From the IMG/VR virus record IMGVR_UViG_3300010052_000211, positions 1 to 48,505 of that record: a DNA stretch of 48,505 nucleotides; one strand, written 5' to 3'. Positions 18,226 through 28,087 of the stretch are shown here, piece after piece (the stretch's first letter is position 1; every line of letters starts with the position of its first letter). A program made the position numbers and the translations under genes. Source of the DNA: a virus. Taxonomy: Duplodnaviria > Caudoviricetes. The notes beneath the pieces were generated by a model, which was not told the origin of the DNA, did not search any database, and saw only the letters and a list, made by a program, of their open reading frames with translations.

Positions 18226-18837
18226 ATGTTGGCATCACTGATCGACGAGAAGAAATATCTGGCGATGGCAGCGCAATACGAACAACGCATCGGCCCGCGT
18301 GATGCTGAAATGGTGCCGGGTGTCGAAGGCAAGTGGCTGATCGTGCGCGTCGAAGGTGGACGTGAACAGACCGCGGCGGCGCATCTGGTTGGCCGGCGGT
18401 TTGGGGTTTTTCTGCCCCAGTGCCCGTGGACGGTGATCCGCTTCGGCAGGAAGATCGAAGCGCGCCGCAACCTCTTTCCTGGCTATCTCTTCGTCTTTGT
18501 GTGGGGTGTGCAGCAGCACATTCGCCGCATCCTGTCGGTGCCGGGCGTCATGGAGATCATGATGCGGAACGATCAACCCGTGATCGTTTCGGATCGGGTG
18601 ATCGATGATATTCGGGCTGAGGAAAACCGGCACTGGCCGATGTTCTCCGTGGTCGAGACCGTGCGCATTCGCAAGCGTCGGAAGAAATATTCACAGCACC
18701 GTATCGAGCAGCAAGTGCCTGTGGGATTTGGCGATATCGTCTCCGTGCGCCCCGCCGGTTGGATCAAGGGAATCACAGACCTTGAAGACGATGAGCGAAT
18801 CGGCGCACTAAAGACTGCGCTTGGCCTCGCTTCGTAG
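18226..18837 (+). CDS. NusG-family (NGN domain) transcription antiterminator, late regulator
   Basis: 'WLIVRVEGGRE...NLFPGYLFV...ILSVPGV'; last early gene, in the Q position. Confidence 0.85.
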   Translation: MLASLIDEKKYLAMAAQYEQRIGPRDAEMVPGVEGKWLIVRVEGGREQTAAAHLVGRRFGVFLPQCPWTVIRFGRKIEARRNLFPGYLFVFVWGVQQHIRRILSVPGVMEIMMRNDQPVIVSDRVIDDIRAEENRHWPMFSVVETVRIRKRRKKYSQHRIEQQVPVGFGDIVSVRPAGWIKGITDLEDDERIGALKTALGLAS

Positions 18838-18849
18838 CAGCCAGACAAT
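18821..18849 (+). promoter_or_regulatory. Putative late (PR'-like) promoter
   Basis: TTGGCC (18821-18826)-17 nt-GACAAT (18844-18849). Confidence 0.45.
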
Positions 18850-18937
18850 CCTGGTAGACCTCGGCGATGGTGGATGAGAGGGCAGCAGCCCCGGCAAGTG
18901 CGTAGCCATGAAGTGAAGCCCGCCACACATCGGGAGT

Positions 18938-18968
18938 AAGCCCGGCAGGACGCCCCTGTCGGGCTTTT
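18938..18968 (+). terminator. Intrinsic terminator upstream of the late operon
   Basis: AAGCCCGGCAGG-acgcc-CCTGTCGGGCTT ending in a short T-run. Confidence 0.65.
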
Positions 18969-19097
18969 CGATTCCATAGGGTGTGAGATGGCCTCGGTTA
19001 TGCCGAGCCTATCTTCGTCTTGAGCGTTTCCTCCCTAGACTTGGGCCGCTGGTGTCGGGTGCAGTGCTGCTCTCCCGCCAGTGGCCCCTTTGTTTAG

Positions 19098-19412
19098 ATG
19101 GCCAACGATCCTCCCTGGAAGCGCTGGTACAAGACGGCGCGATGGCGCCACGCTCGGCTCAGACACCTGCAGGAACGCCCGCTCTGCGCATGGTGCGAGA
19201 AGGCAGGGAAGCTGACAGCAGCAACCGTGGTGCACCACAAGCGCCCGCACAAAGGCGATGAGGCGCTGTTCTGGGATACCGACAACTGGGAATCCCTTTG
19301 CAAAGAACACCACGATAGCGCTGGCCAGATGGAAGACCTGCAGGGTTTCAGTTCTGAGGTTGGCCTCGATGGCTGGCCCGTCGATCACAAACACCCCGCG
19401 AACCGCGCGTAG
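19098..19412 (+). CDS. Packaging-associated HNH endonuclease (HK97 gp74-like)
   Basis: 'PLCAWC...VVHHKRPHKGD...NWESLCKEHHD'; directly before terS. Confidence 0.9.
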   Translation: MANDPPWKRWYKTARWRHARLRHLQERPLCAWCEKAGKLTAATVVHHKRPHKGDEALFWDTDNWESLCKEHHDSAGQMEDLQGFSSEVGLDGWPVDHKHPANRA

Positions 19413-19500
19413 GGGGGTGGGTCAAAAGTCTGGGCCCTTTCGCGCCGGGACCGGCGGTGACCCTTCGCGCGCACAAAGCTGGAATTGAATAGAGAAAGCC
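19413..19500. other. Probable cos region
   Basis: HNH-terS intergenic gap with a G-run and GGGTCAAAAGT; assignment is positional only. Confidence 0.4.
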
Positions 19501-19510
19501 CACTGGTCTC

Positions 19511-20035
19511 ATGCGAGGCAGGAAGCCAACACCATCGAATGTGGTTCCCCTTACAGGGACCAAGGTTCGGCCGACGCCGGCAGAGCTTGCGAAGCGGCTT
19601 AAGCCGCGCGGCCTGACGCGCGAAGAGTCGCGCGAGTGGGATCGGGTTTCGGTGATGCTCGCTGATCCCGCGCTGGATCGGCTCAAGCCGCACTTCGTGG
19701 ATTCGATCCTTGAATACTGCCGCGCCACAATCCGGTTGCGGGCGTTCCGGAAATTCTTCGCGCAGAACGAGGTCGATCTCGGCAAGGACGCTGACGTGCC
19801 GCGCGGCGCCGAGCGCGTCACCGGCAAAGCAGGTCTCGACGCCGAGATTTATATGGTCGAAGGCCGTAACGGAATCCAGCTCAAAAGCCATCCGCACGTC
19901 GCGCAAATGAACGAGGCGTGGCGCCAATGGCGGTCACTGATGATGGAATGCGGACTGTCGATCGCGTCCGAGCGCAACATGATTCCGGGGCAGGGCTCGC
20001 TTTTCGACGATCCGGCCGATGAGTTCTACGGGTAA
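19511..20035 (+). CDS. terS: Terminase small subunit (P27 family)
   Basis: 'MRGRKPTP', 'YC', 'HP.V', 'ECGLS.ASER'. Confidence 0.85.
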   Translation: MRGRKPTPSNVVPLTGTKVRPTPAELAKRLKPRGLTREESREWDRVSVMLADPALDRLKPHFVDSILEYCRATIRLRAFRKFFAQNEVDLGKDADVPRGAERVTGKAGLDAEIYMVEGRNGIQLKSHPHVAQMNEAWRQWRSLMMECGLSIASERNMIPGQGSLFDDPADEFYG

Positions 20036-21860
20036 GCCACAGGATCAGGCGACCGATTACGCGCGTGCAGTTGTAGCAGGGGAGATCATCGCCGGGCCGC
20101 ACGTCCGGGCCGCGTGTAAGCGCCATCTGGACGATCTGGAAAGCGGCGCGGCGCGCGGATTGCGCTGGGACGTTGCCGGCGCCGAAAAGGTGATCCGGTA
20201 TTTCCGGACGGTCCTGACGGTCGAAGTCGGCGACAAGGTCAAGCCGTTCATCCTGCGGCCGTGGCAGTGCTTCATCGTCGGCGCGCTGTTCGGTTGGAAG
20301 GCGACTGTTCCTGAGGAAGATCAGGATGGCGTCGCGACCGGTAAGCTGATCGAAATCCGGCGCTTCCGCCGAGCCTATGTCGAGATCGGCAAAGGCAACG
20401 GCAAGTCGCCGATGGCGGCCGGAATCGGCCACTACATGCACTCTGCCTGCGGCAAAGTGCGGTCGGAAGTGTATTCGGCGGCGACGGATCAGGATCAGGC
20501 GATGATCCTGTTTCGCGACGCGGTCGCGATGTACGAGCGCTCGCCCGCGCTGTTCAACCGGCTGACGCCGACCGGGCAAACGCCGGTCTGGCAGTTGTCG
20601 TATCAGGGCCGTGGCGGCTCCTGCATCTACAAGCCGATCTCGTCGGCGAAGAAGGGAAAGTCTGGCATCCGGCCTGATTGTGCGCTGATCGACGAGGTGC
20701 ATGAGCACCCGGACAACAGCGTCATCGAGATGCTGCGTGCCGGCACGAAGGGCAAGCAGGACGCACTCCTGTTTGAGATCACGAATTCGGGGTTCGACAA
20801 GAAGTCGGTCTGTGGTCAAGAGCACGATATGTCGGTGCAGATCGTGCATCGGCAGATCGAAAACGACGCCTGGTTTGCGTTCGTCTGTTCGCTCGATGAA
20901 GGCGACGAGCCGTTCGAAGACGAGAGTTGCTGGCCGAAGGCGAATCCAAACCTGCACGTTTCGATCTTCCCGCAATACATTCGGGAGCAGGTGCAGGAAG
21001 CGAAAGGGATGCCCTCGAAAGAGGGCTTGGTGCGCCGGCTCAACTTCTGTCAGTGGACCGAGAGCGAAACGTCCGCGATCCCGCGCAAGGTCTGGCTGGC
21101 GTGTCGCGCGATCGACGACAAGGCCTTCGACCCGGACGAACTGACTGCGCGGAACGTGCCGTGCTTTGGTGGCCTCGATCTCTCGCGCTCCCGCGACCTC
21201 ACGGCGTTCGTGCTGACGTGGGTGCTGGAGAACAAAAAGGACCAGTGGCGGTTCGCGTCGAAGGCGTGGTTCTGGACGCCGAAGGATACGCTCGCCGCGC
21301 GAGCCAAGGCTGATCGCGCGCCGTACGAGGAATGGGTCAAGCAAGGCTATCTGGAGGCGGTGCCGGGTCCGCGCATCAAGTACGCCTGGCTCGCCGACGC
21401 GATCCCGAAAATCTGCGCGCGGTATCACCCGCAGATCATCGGCTGTGACCAATACGGGCTCGAGCAGTTGCTCGACGCTATGTCGGAGATCGGCGCCGAG
21501 CTTCCCGGCGCGGTCGTCCATCCGCAGGGCTTCCAGCGGCGCAAGATCGGCGAACGCGGCGACGTGGTGCAGGAAGAAAGCGGCGCCGACGAGCTCGTGC
21601 TCTGGATGCCGGACTCCATCAACAAGATGGAAGCGGCGCTGCTGGAAGAGCGGATCGCGATCGAGGTCAACCCGGTCATGACGATGTGCGCAGCGAACGT
21701 GGTCTACGAAGAAAACCGCACCGGTCACCGGCACTTCAACAAGGCCAAGGCAACAGGACGTATCGACGGCATGCCGGCATTGGCGAACAGTATTGGTGTG
21801 GCGACGGTGAAGGTCGATCGCGCGTCGGTCTATGCCACTCGCGGCGCGCTGGTCCTCTAA
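20019..21860 (+). CDS. terL: Terminase large subunit
   Basis: Walker A 'GKGNGKS', Walker B 'LIDEVHEH', nuclease 'GGLDLSRSRDLTA', 'RIDG'. Confidence 0.96.
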   Translation: MSSTGKPQDQATDYARAVVAGEIIAGPHVRAACKRHLDDLESGAARGLRWDVAGAEKVIRYFRTVLTVEVGDKVKPFILRPWQCFIVGALFGWKATVPEEDQDGVATGKLIEIRRFRRAYVEIGKGNGKSPMAAGIGHYMHSACGKVRSEVYSAATDQDQAMILFRDAVAMYERSPALFNRLTPTGQTPVWQLSYQGRGGSCIYKPISSAKKGKSGIRPDCALIDEVHEHPDNSVIEMLRAGTKGKQDALLFEITNSGFDKKSVCGQEHDMSVQIVHRQIENDAWFAFVCSLDEGDEPFEDESCWPKANPNLHVSIFPQYIREQVQEAKGMPSKEGLVRRLNFCQWTESETSAIPRKVWLACRAIDDKAFDPDELTARNVPCFGGLDLSRSRDLTAFVLTWVLENKKDQWRFASKAWFWTPKDTLAARAKADRAPYEEWVKQGYLEAVPGPRIKYAWLADAIPKICARYHPQIIGCDQYGLEQLLDAMSEIGAELPGAVVHPQGFQRRKIGERGDVVQEESGADELVLWMPDSINKMEAALLEERIAIEVNPVMTMCAANVVYEENRTGHRHFNKAKATGRIDGMPALANSIGVATVKVDRASVYATRGALVL

Positions 21861-21869
21861 GGATAAACA

Positions 21870-23135
21870 ATGGCCTTCTGGGACCGCTGGTTTAATAGGC
21901 CCGATACGGCACCGCGTGCTGCTGTGCAGGACGCGGGCGGCGGGGTGATTATCTCGACGTCATCTCAACTGGAGGAATATCTCCGCGCGGGAGATCAGTC
22001 TCGCTCTGGCGTTGTGGTCAATGCCGGCAATGCGCTGCGCAGCGGTCCTGTCTATGGGTGTATCCGCTTGCTTAGCGGGCCGCCGGCCACGCTTCCGCTG
22101 CACATCAAACGCCGCGTTGATGCGCGTCGGCGGGACGATGCCTCGGACACCCCCCTTTGGCGCGTTCTTAATCGGAAGCCAAACCGATGGCAGAAGCCGC
22201 ATCAGTTCAAGCGCATGATGATGGCGCACGTCCTGCTGCGCGGGAACGCTATCGCTCTGAAGGTCGAATCCCGCGGCGAATTGAAAGAACTGATTCCGCT
22301 GAATCCCGACCGTGTTGAGATCAAGCAGAATGACGATTTGTCGATCAGCTTCGATTACACCCGCAAGAACGGCGGTAAGACGACGTTCGCTCAAAAGGAA
22401 ATCTTCCACCTCTACGGCCTTACGCTGAACGGTTACTCCGGCGTCACGCCGATCACTTATGCGCGGGAAACAATCGGACTTTCACTCGCGCAAGAGGATC
22501 ACGGGGCGACAACGTTCAAGAACGGGGCGCGTGTTGGAGGTGTTCTGAAGCACCCAGGCAAGCTCGGCAACGATGCGCAGCAAAACCTGCGTGCAAGCCT
22601 CGAAGAATATCGAGGTGGTGGCGAGCGCGAGGGCAAGAACCTTATCCTCGAAGAGGGTATGAGCTACGAGCGCATGGGCATGACGGCGATCGATGCTCAG
22701 TGGGTCGAAAGCCGTCAGTTGTCGCGTTCCGACATCGCGATGTTCTTCGGCGTACCGCCGTCGATGATTGGCGATAACTCCGGTTCGGATTCGAACTGGG
22801 GGACGGGTCTGGAGCAAAAGGCCAACGGCTTCATCACCTTCACGCTCGAAGACTATCTAACGATGTGGGAAGAGGCGATCACGGTCGACCTCAACTCGGA
22901 CGAAGCGATTTACGCTCGATATAACCGGGCGGCGCTTGTTAAAGGCGACATCAAGACGCGCTGGGAAGCCTACGTGAAAGGCCTTCAGTGGGGCGTGTGG
23001 TCGCCCAACGAAGTGCGCGCACTCGAAGATCAGAACCCCCGCGAGGGTGGTGACATTTATTACCCGCCGCCGAACACAGCGGGCGGCGACAAGACCAGCA
23101 AGGAGCCGGGCAATGACGATCCGCAAGATGCCTGA
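21870..23135 (+). CDS. HK97-family portal protein
   Basis: 'PNRWQ...LLRGNA...GVTPI...IAMFFGVPP...PNEVRALED'. Confidence 0.95.
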   Translation: MAFWDRWFNRPDTAPRAAVQDAGGGVIISTSSQLEEYLRAGDQSRSGVVVNAGNALRSGPVYGCIRLLSGPPATLPLHIKRRVDARRRDDASDTPLWRVLNRKPNRWQKPHQFKRMMMAHVLLRGNAIALKVESRGELKELIPLNPDRVEIKQNDDLSISFDYTRKNGGKTTFAQKEIFHLYGLTLNGYSGVTPITYARETIGLSLAQEDHGATTFKNGARVGGVLKHPGKLGNDAQQNLRASLEEYRGGGEREGKNLILEEGMSYERMGMTAIDAQWVESRQLSRSDIAMFFGVPPSMIGDNSGSDSNWGTGLEQKANGFITFTLEDYLTMWEEAITVDLNSDEAIYARYNRAALVKGDIKTRWEAYVKGLQWGVWSPNEVRALEDQNPREGGDIYYPPPNTAGGDKTSKEPGNDDPQDA

Positions 23136-23961
23136 GGCGAAGTCGTTTCAGCGTCCGCAGAATTTTCAGTGGGACGCGCCTTCGGACGTGTTGGCGAAGT
23201 GGTCGGAAAAGCCGCTGGCGGCCGAGTCCGACGACGGCAATACGATCTCGATCTATGACGTGATCGGCGAGGATTTCTGGACCGGGGGCGGCTTCACGGC
23301 GAAGCGTATGGCAGCGGCGCTGCGCTCGATCGGCAAGAACGACGTCACGGTGAAGATCAATTCGCCGGGCGGCGATATGTTCGAGGGCATCGTGATCTAT
23401 AACCTGCTGCGCGAGCATCCGGCCAAGGTCACCATTGATGTGATGGGCTGGGCCGCGTCGGCCGCGTCAATCATCGCGATGTCCGGCGATGATATCCGCA
23501 TGGGCTTGGGCACCTTCATGATGGTGCACAATGCCTGGGGTATGGTCGTCGGCAACCGTCACGACATGACGGAAGCGGCAGTCCTCTTTGAGGGCTTCGA
23601 CAGCGCCATCGCCGATATCTATCAGGCCCGCACCGGGATGGACCGCAAGGCGATCCAGAAGCTGATGGACGCGGAAACCTTCATGGGGCCGAGCGAAGCT
23701 GTCGACAAGGGTTTTGCGGACTCGGTGAATGAAAGCCTGTCGGCAGACCATGCCGACACCAAGAATCTCGATCAACGCCTGATGGCGCGCCGGCAAACTG
23801 AGGCCGCGCTCGCCAAGGCCGGCTATCCCCGTTCCATGCGCAGCGAAATGCTGGCGCAGATCACCAATTCGGCTCCGCGAGATGCAGGCCGTGACTCCGC
23901 CGCGCGCGATGCAGGCGTTCATGCAGGTCTTCGCGACCTGATCAACATCATCAAATCATAG
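23113..23961 (+). CDS. ClpP-type prohead protease
   Basis: 'INSPGGD', 'AASAASII', 'MVHN', 'ETFM'; AGGAG RBS at 23101. Confidence 0.93.
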   Translation: MTIRKMPEAKSFQRPQNFQWDAPSDVLAKWSEKPLAAESDDGNTISIYDVIGEDFWTGGGFTAKRMAAALRSIGKNDVTVKINSPGGDMFEGIVIYNLLREHPAKVTIDVMGWAASAASIIAMSGDDIRMGLGTFMMVHNAWGMVVGNRHDMTEAAVLFEGFDSAIADIYQARTGMDRKAIQKLMDAETFMGPSEAVDKGFADSVNESLSADHADTKNLDQRLMARRQTEAALAKAGYPRSMRSEMLAQITNSAPRDAGRDSAARDAGVHAGLRDLINIIKS

Positions 23962-23972
23962 GGCTTCATCCC

Positions 23973-25298
23973 ATGAAGAACGTTTCGAAACTCGCGCTGA
24001 TGGGCGCGAGCGCTTTGACCTGCCCGCCGACGCTGAATGCGCGTGCGCGCGGTCTCTACAACGTGCGCGCCGACGCCGGCGACGCGACCAAGATCCTCAA
24101 CGAGCTGAAGAAGACGTTCGAGGATTTCAAGGCCGAGCGTGACAAGGAAATCGCCGACCTGAAGAAGGGTCTCGGCGACGTGGTGCAGACGGAAAAGGTC
24201 GACCGCATCAATGCTGAGATCACCAAATTGCAGGGCTCGATCGACGAGGTGAACGCCCTGGTCGCTGCTCTGCGGGTCGGCGGCGGTTCCGGCGACAAAC
24301 TGAGCGAAGACGAACGCGCGCACGCGAAGGCGTTCAACTCGTACTTCCGCAAGGGCGCCGAGGCGGGCCTTCGCGACCTCGAAGTCAAGGCGGCCGCGAC
24401 CACGGATAATGATCCGAACGGCGGATATCTCGTCGATAAGACGACCGAGCAGACCATCGATCGGGTGCTCGGCACCGTGTCGGCGATCCGCGGCATCGCG
24501 TCGGTTATCACTATCTCGACCGGTACCTACGAAAAGCTGGTCAACCAGGGCGGCACGACCGGCGGCTGGGTCGGCGAAAAGCAGTCTCGTCCGGAGACCA
24601 GCACGTCGGCGCTTGCGGCGCTCAAGTTTCCGGCGATGGAGCTCTACGCGAACCCCGCGGCCACGCAGACGGCCCTTGACGACGCGCGCATCGATATCGG
24701 GCAGTGGCTCGGCGACGAAGTGTCGATCGTGTTTGCCGAGAAGGAGGGCGCCGCCTTCTATTCCGGCGACGGCGTCAACCAGCCGCGCGGAATCTCGTCT
24801 TACACGATGGTGGCTGACTCATCGTATGCGTGGGGCAAGGTTGGTTATGCCGTGTCGGGGGTGGCTGCCGCGCTGAACGATTCCACCCATGCGGGCGACC
24901 AGGCGTTGACCGATCTCGTCTATGCGATCAAGCAGGGCTACCGCACCAACGCGCGGTTCCTGATGAACCGCAAGACGCAGGCTGCGGTGCGTAAGTTCAC
25001 TTCGCTCGGCTCGGAAAAGCTGCCGCTCTGGCAGCCGTCGCTGCAGCTTGGCCAGCCGGCCACGCTGATGGGCTATCCGATCACTGACGATGACAACGTC
25101 GAGGATATCGGCGCCAACAAGTTCCCGATCTGGTTCGGCGACTTCAAGCGCGCCTATCTGATCGTCGACCGCGCCGGCATCCGCGTGCTGCGCGATCCCT
25201 ACACCAACAAGCCCTACGTGATGTTCTACACCACGAAGCGTGTTGGTGGCGGCATCCAGAACTTCGAGGCCATCAAAGCCCTGAAGTGCAGCACCTGA
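23973..25298 (+). CDS. HK97-fold major capsid protein
   Basis: Coiled-coil delta domain, 'GGYLV', 'GDGVNQPRG', 'FGDFKRAY.IVDR.GIRVLRDPY'. Confidence 0.95.
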   Translation: MKNVSKLALMGASALTCPPTLNARARGLYNVRADAGDATKILNELKKTFEDFKAERDKEIADLKKGLGDVVQTEKVDRINAEITKLQGSIDEVNALVAALRVGGGSGDKLSEDERAHAKAFNSYFRKGAEAGLRDLEVKAAATTDNDPNGGYLVDKTTEQTIDRVLGTVSAIRGIASVITISTGTYEKLVNQGGTTGGWVGEKQSRPETSTSALAALKFPAMELYANPAATQTALDDARIDIGQWLGDEVSIVFAEKEGAAFYSGDGVNQPRGISSYTMVADSSYAWGKVGYAVSGVAAALNDSTHAGDQALTDLVYAIKQGYRTNARFLMNRKTQAAVRKFTSLGSEKLPLWQPSLQLGQPATLMGYPITDDDNVEDIGANKFPIWFGDFKRAYLIVDRAGIRVLRDPYTNKPYVMFYTTKRVGGGIQNFEAIKALKCST

Positions 25299-25325
25299 TC
25301 GGCTGAATCAGCCTGATCGAACAGC

Positions 25326-25346
25326 GGGCGGCCCGATGGGCCGCCC
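25326..25346 (+). terminator. Hairpin after the capsid gene
   Basis: GGGCGGCCC-gat-GGGCCGCCC; no T-tract, so it may be a stability element. Confidence 0.45.
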
Positions 25347-25385
25347 ATCGTCCCCAACTTCCATCTGAAACGAAAGGGCAAGTCC

Positions 25386-25796
25386 ATGAAGGACATGCAC
25401 AACAATATCAGCGTGATCCGCGCTCTGAAGCCGCAGGCGGTCGGCACGACCGGCGCGGCGAATGGCGTCCTCTCGGCGATCATCGATCGTCAAGGCTACG
25501 AGTCGGTCGAGTTCGCTTACCAGGCCGGCGGCAGCGCGTCGGTTGCCGATACGGTCACCCCTGTGGTCTATGAAGCCGCCGCGACCGGCGACTCGTTCAC
25601 CTCCGTTGCCGATGCCGATCTGCTCGGCACCGAGGCGGCGCTCACCCTGAGCACGTCGGCCGGTAAGTATGGCCGGGTCGGCTATCGCGGCAACAAACGC
25701 TACCTGAAGCTCAAGCTCTACGGTGTCGGCACCGCGACTGCGCTCGTCGCCGCCTCGGTGATCCTCGGCAACCCGCATCAGGCTCCCGTCGCCTGA
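25386..25796 (+). CDS. Putative capsid decoration/cement protein
   Basis: Small, beta-rich, Ala/Thr-rich; 'IDRQGYES', 'KRYLKL'; directly after the capsid gene. Confidence 0.55.
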   Translation: MKDMHNNISVIRALKPQAVGTTGAANGVLSAIIDRQGYESVEFAYQAGGSASVADTVTPVVYEAAATGDSFTSVADADLLGTEAALTLSTSAGKYGRVGYRGNKRYLKLKLYGVGTATALVAASVILGNPHQAPVA

Positions 25797-26560
25797 TGCT
25801 CATCGCCAACGAAAATGCGCCGGCATCCGTGCCGGCGCATGTTGCGATTGTCGGGCTTGGCCCGTCATGCGCGACGTTCTTCGAGTTGACCCGCCGTCTC
25901 GGCGGGGTGTCGGCGTATTGTGATGAAGTGTGGGGCATCAACGCGATCGGCGACGTGCTCCGCTGCGACCGTATTTTCCACATGGACGATGTGAAGGTCC
26001 AGGAGGCGCGCGCGGCTGCGCGACCGGACGGCAACATCGCGGCCATGGTGAGCTGGCTCAAGCGTCATCCGGGGCCGATTTATACGAGCGTGGTGCGCGA
26101 TGGTTATCCGGGCCTCGTCGCGTTTCCGCTGGAAGACGTTCTGAACCGTGGTCTCGACGGAAATGGCGGCGCGCCGTATTTCAATTCGACCGCGGCGTAT
26201 GCCATCGCCTTGGCGATCCATGTTGGCGTGAAGCGCATTTCGCTCTTCGGCCTCGATTACACGCTGGCGAATTCGCACCATGCAGAGCAGGGCCGGGCCT
26301 GCTGCGAATTCTGGCTCGGCATCGCGGCCGCGCGTGGTATCGAGATCACCATCCCCGAGACCTCATCGCTGATGGACGGCTGCGCGACGGATCGCGACCG
26401 ACTCTATGGTTATGACTGTGTCGACGTCCGGCTGCTCAATCAGGATGACGGTTCGGTGAAGGTCGAAATGACCGAACGGGACGCGCCGTCGGCGGCCGAA
26501 GTCGAAGAGCGCTATGACCACTCCCGGCATCCGAACCGCCTGGTGCAAAAGGCTGGATGA
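25796..26560 (+). CDS. GT42/Maf (sialyltransferase-like fold) putative glycosyltransferase
   Basis: 'VAIVGLGPS', 'EVWGIN', 'STAAYAIALAIHVGVKRISLFGLDY' parallel the CstII/Maf motifs. Confidence 0.6.
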   Translation: MLIANENAPASVPAHVAIVGLGPSCATFFELTRRLGGVSAYCDEVWGINAIGDVLRCDRIFHMDDVKVQEARAAARPDGNIAAMVSWLKRHPGPIYTSVVRDGYPGLVAFPLEDVLNRGLDGNGGAPYFNSTAAYAIALAIHVGVKRISLFGLDYTLANSHHAEQGRACCEFWLGIAAARGIEITIPETSSLMDGCATDRDRLYGYDCVDVRLLNQDDGSVKVEMTERDAPSAAEVEERYDHSRHPNRLVQKAG

Positions 26561-27150
26561 TGTACCGACCTGTTCTTGTCACGCCGCCCGATGCTGATGC
26601 TGGCCCGGTCACAATGGCCGCGCTGAAGGCGCATGTCGGCGCGTCGGATTACGCCGATGACGACGATATGCTGAAGGCGTTCCTGTCGTCGGCGGTCCAA
26701 CATCTGGACGGGTGGTCTGGCATCCTTGGCCGGTGCCTCATGCCGCAGACCTGGCGTCAGGATTTCGATTGTTTCGAACGATGCCTGCGTCTTCCGCTCG
26801 CACCGGTGCAGTCGATCACCTCGGTACAATACGAGGATGCTTACGGTGCTACCCAGACGATCGATGGCGCGAACTTCGCGCTGGCAACCGACGCGCTCGG
26901 GTCGTTCGTTCGCTTCAAATCGACCTATGATTTTGCGGGGGTCAGCGCCGATCGTCCGGCGGTCCATGTCACCTATCTGGCTGGCTACATCGATGTCGCC
27001 AGCGTCCCGGCGCCGCTGAAGACTGCGATCCTGCTGCTCGTGGGACACTGGTACGAAAACCGCAGCGCGGTTGTGGTTGGTGCCGCGCCAGCCGCGCTTC
27101 CGTTCGCTGTTGATGCGTTGATTGCGCCATTCCGGCGCATGCAGTTCTAG
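26557..27150 (+). CDS. Head-tail connector (gp6-like adaptor)
   Basis: 'PVTMAALKAH...GRCLMPQTW...VPAPLKTAILLLVGHWYENR'. Confidence 0.9.
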   Translation: MMYRPVLVTPPDADAGPVTMAALKAHVGASDYADDDDMLKAFLSSAVQHLDGWSGILGRCLMPQTWRQDFDCFERCLRLPLAPVQSITSVQYEDAYGATQTIDGANFALATDALGSFVRFKSTYDFAGVSADRPAVHVTYLAGYIDVASVPAPLKTAILLLVGHWYENRSAVVVGAAPAALPFAVDALIAPFRRMQF

Positions 27151-27168
27151 CCCCATCGGGAGACAACC

Positions 27169-27579
27169 ATGACCGACCTCACCATCACCGCGGCGAGCGT
27201 GCTGAAGGGCGCGAACGCCATCACCGAAAACGGCACTGCCGGTGAGACGATCACCGCAGGACAGCCGGTCTATAAGTCCAGCACCACCAACAAATACATG
27301 AAGGCGGATTCGAATTCGGCCACGGCCGAAGCGAAGACCGCGCGCGGCATAGCGCTCAATGGCGCGGCCGATGGTCAGCCGCTGCAGATCCTCATGAAGG
27401 GCGATATCACCATCGGCGCGACGCTCACGGCTGGCTCGGCTTATTATCTCTCGGAGACGGCGGGCGGCATCCAACCTGCGGCCGATCTCGCGAATGGCGA
27501 AAACGTCTGCCTGCTCGGGCTCGCGAAGTCGGCAACCGTGCTGGCCGTTAACATTCAGGCGCCGGGCGTCACGCTGTAA
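27169..27579 (+). CDS. Putative structural protein (cement/spike-base-like)
   Basis: 'AGETITAGQPVY...GIAL...G..YYLS.TAGGI'; Thr/Ala/Gly-rich. Confidence 0.5.
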   Translation: MTDLTITAASVLKGANAITENGTAGETITAGQPVYKSSTTNKYMKADSNSATAEAKTARGIALNGAADGQPLQILMKGDITIGATLTAGSAYYLSETAGGIQPAADLANGENVCLLGLAKSATVLAVNIQAPGVTL

Positions 27580-27765
27580 GTGCCCTGGGTGCGCTTCACG
27601 GCGGATTTCAACTTCCACGTCCGCCACAACGTCACGATCGCATACAAGGCCGGGATGGTGCTGCTTGTGAAGCAGCGCTGCGCGGATGAAGCGATCTGGC
27701 AGGGCAAAGCCATCACCGTTGATCGACCGCAGGACGTGAACGATGCAGGCCGGCGAGCTTCGTGA
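27580..27765 (+). CDS. Small hypothetical protein
   Basis: 'WVRFTADFNF...AYKAG'; coupled. Confidence 0.55.
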   Translation: MPWVRFTADFNFHVRHNVTIAYKAGMVLLVKQRCADEAIWQGKAITVDRPQDVNDAGRRAS

Positions 27766-28087
27766 GCGCATCGGGTTTTTCCGGCCGGTCGTGGCCGATG
27801 ATGGTTTTGGCAACACCACATCGGGTTTTGCGGACGTGCCGGATTTCGTCGTGTCGGGAAACGTCAAGCCAAAGCTGGGCGGCGAGTCGATTCAGGCGGC
27901 GCGACTGGCGGGTCGGAATTATCTGAATGTCACGGTGCGCGCCGCGGCGATCACGCGGCAGGTCACGGACGCATGGAAGGCCCGGAACATGCGGTCTGAG
28001 ACGGACTACAATATTCGGTCGATCATCGATCCCGATGGTAAGCGCCAGTGGATCGAAATGCTGTGCGAGGAAGGGGTGGCGGTCTGA
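27743..28087 (+). CDS. Head closure (SPP1 gp16-like) protein
   Basis: 'AGELRERIGF...DDGFG...YNIRSI'. Confidence 0.85.
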   Translation: MQAGELRERIGFFRPVVADDGFGNTTSGFADVPDFVVSGNVKPKLGGESIQAARLAGRNYLNVTVRAAAITRQVTDAWKARNMRSETDYNIRSIIDPDGKRQWIEMLCEEGVAV

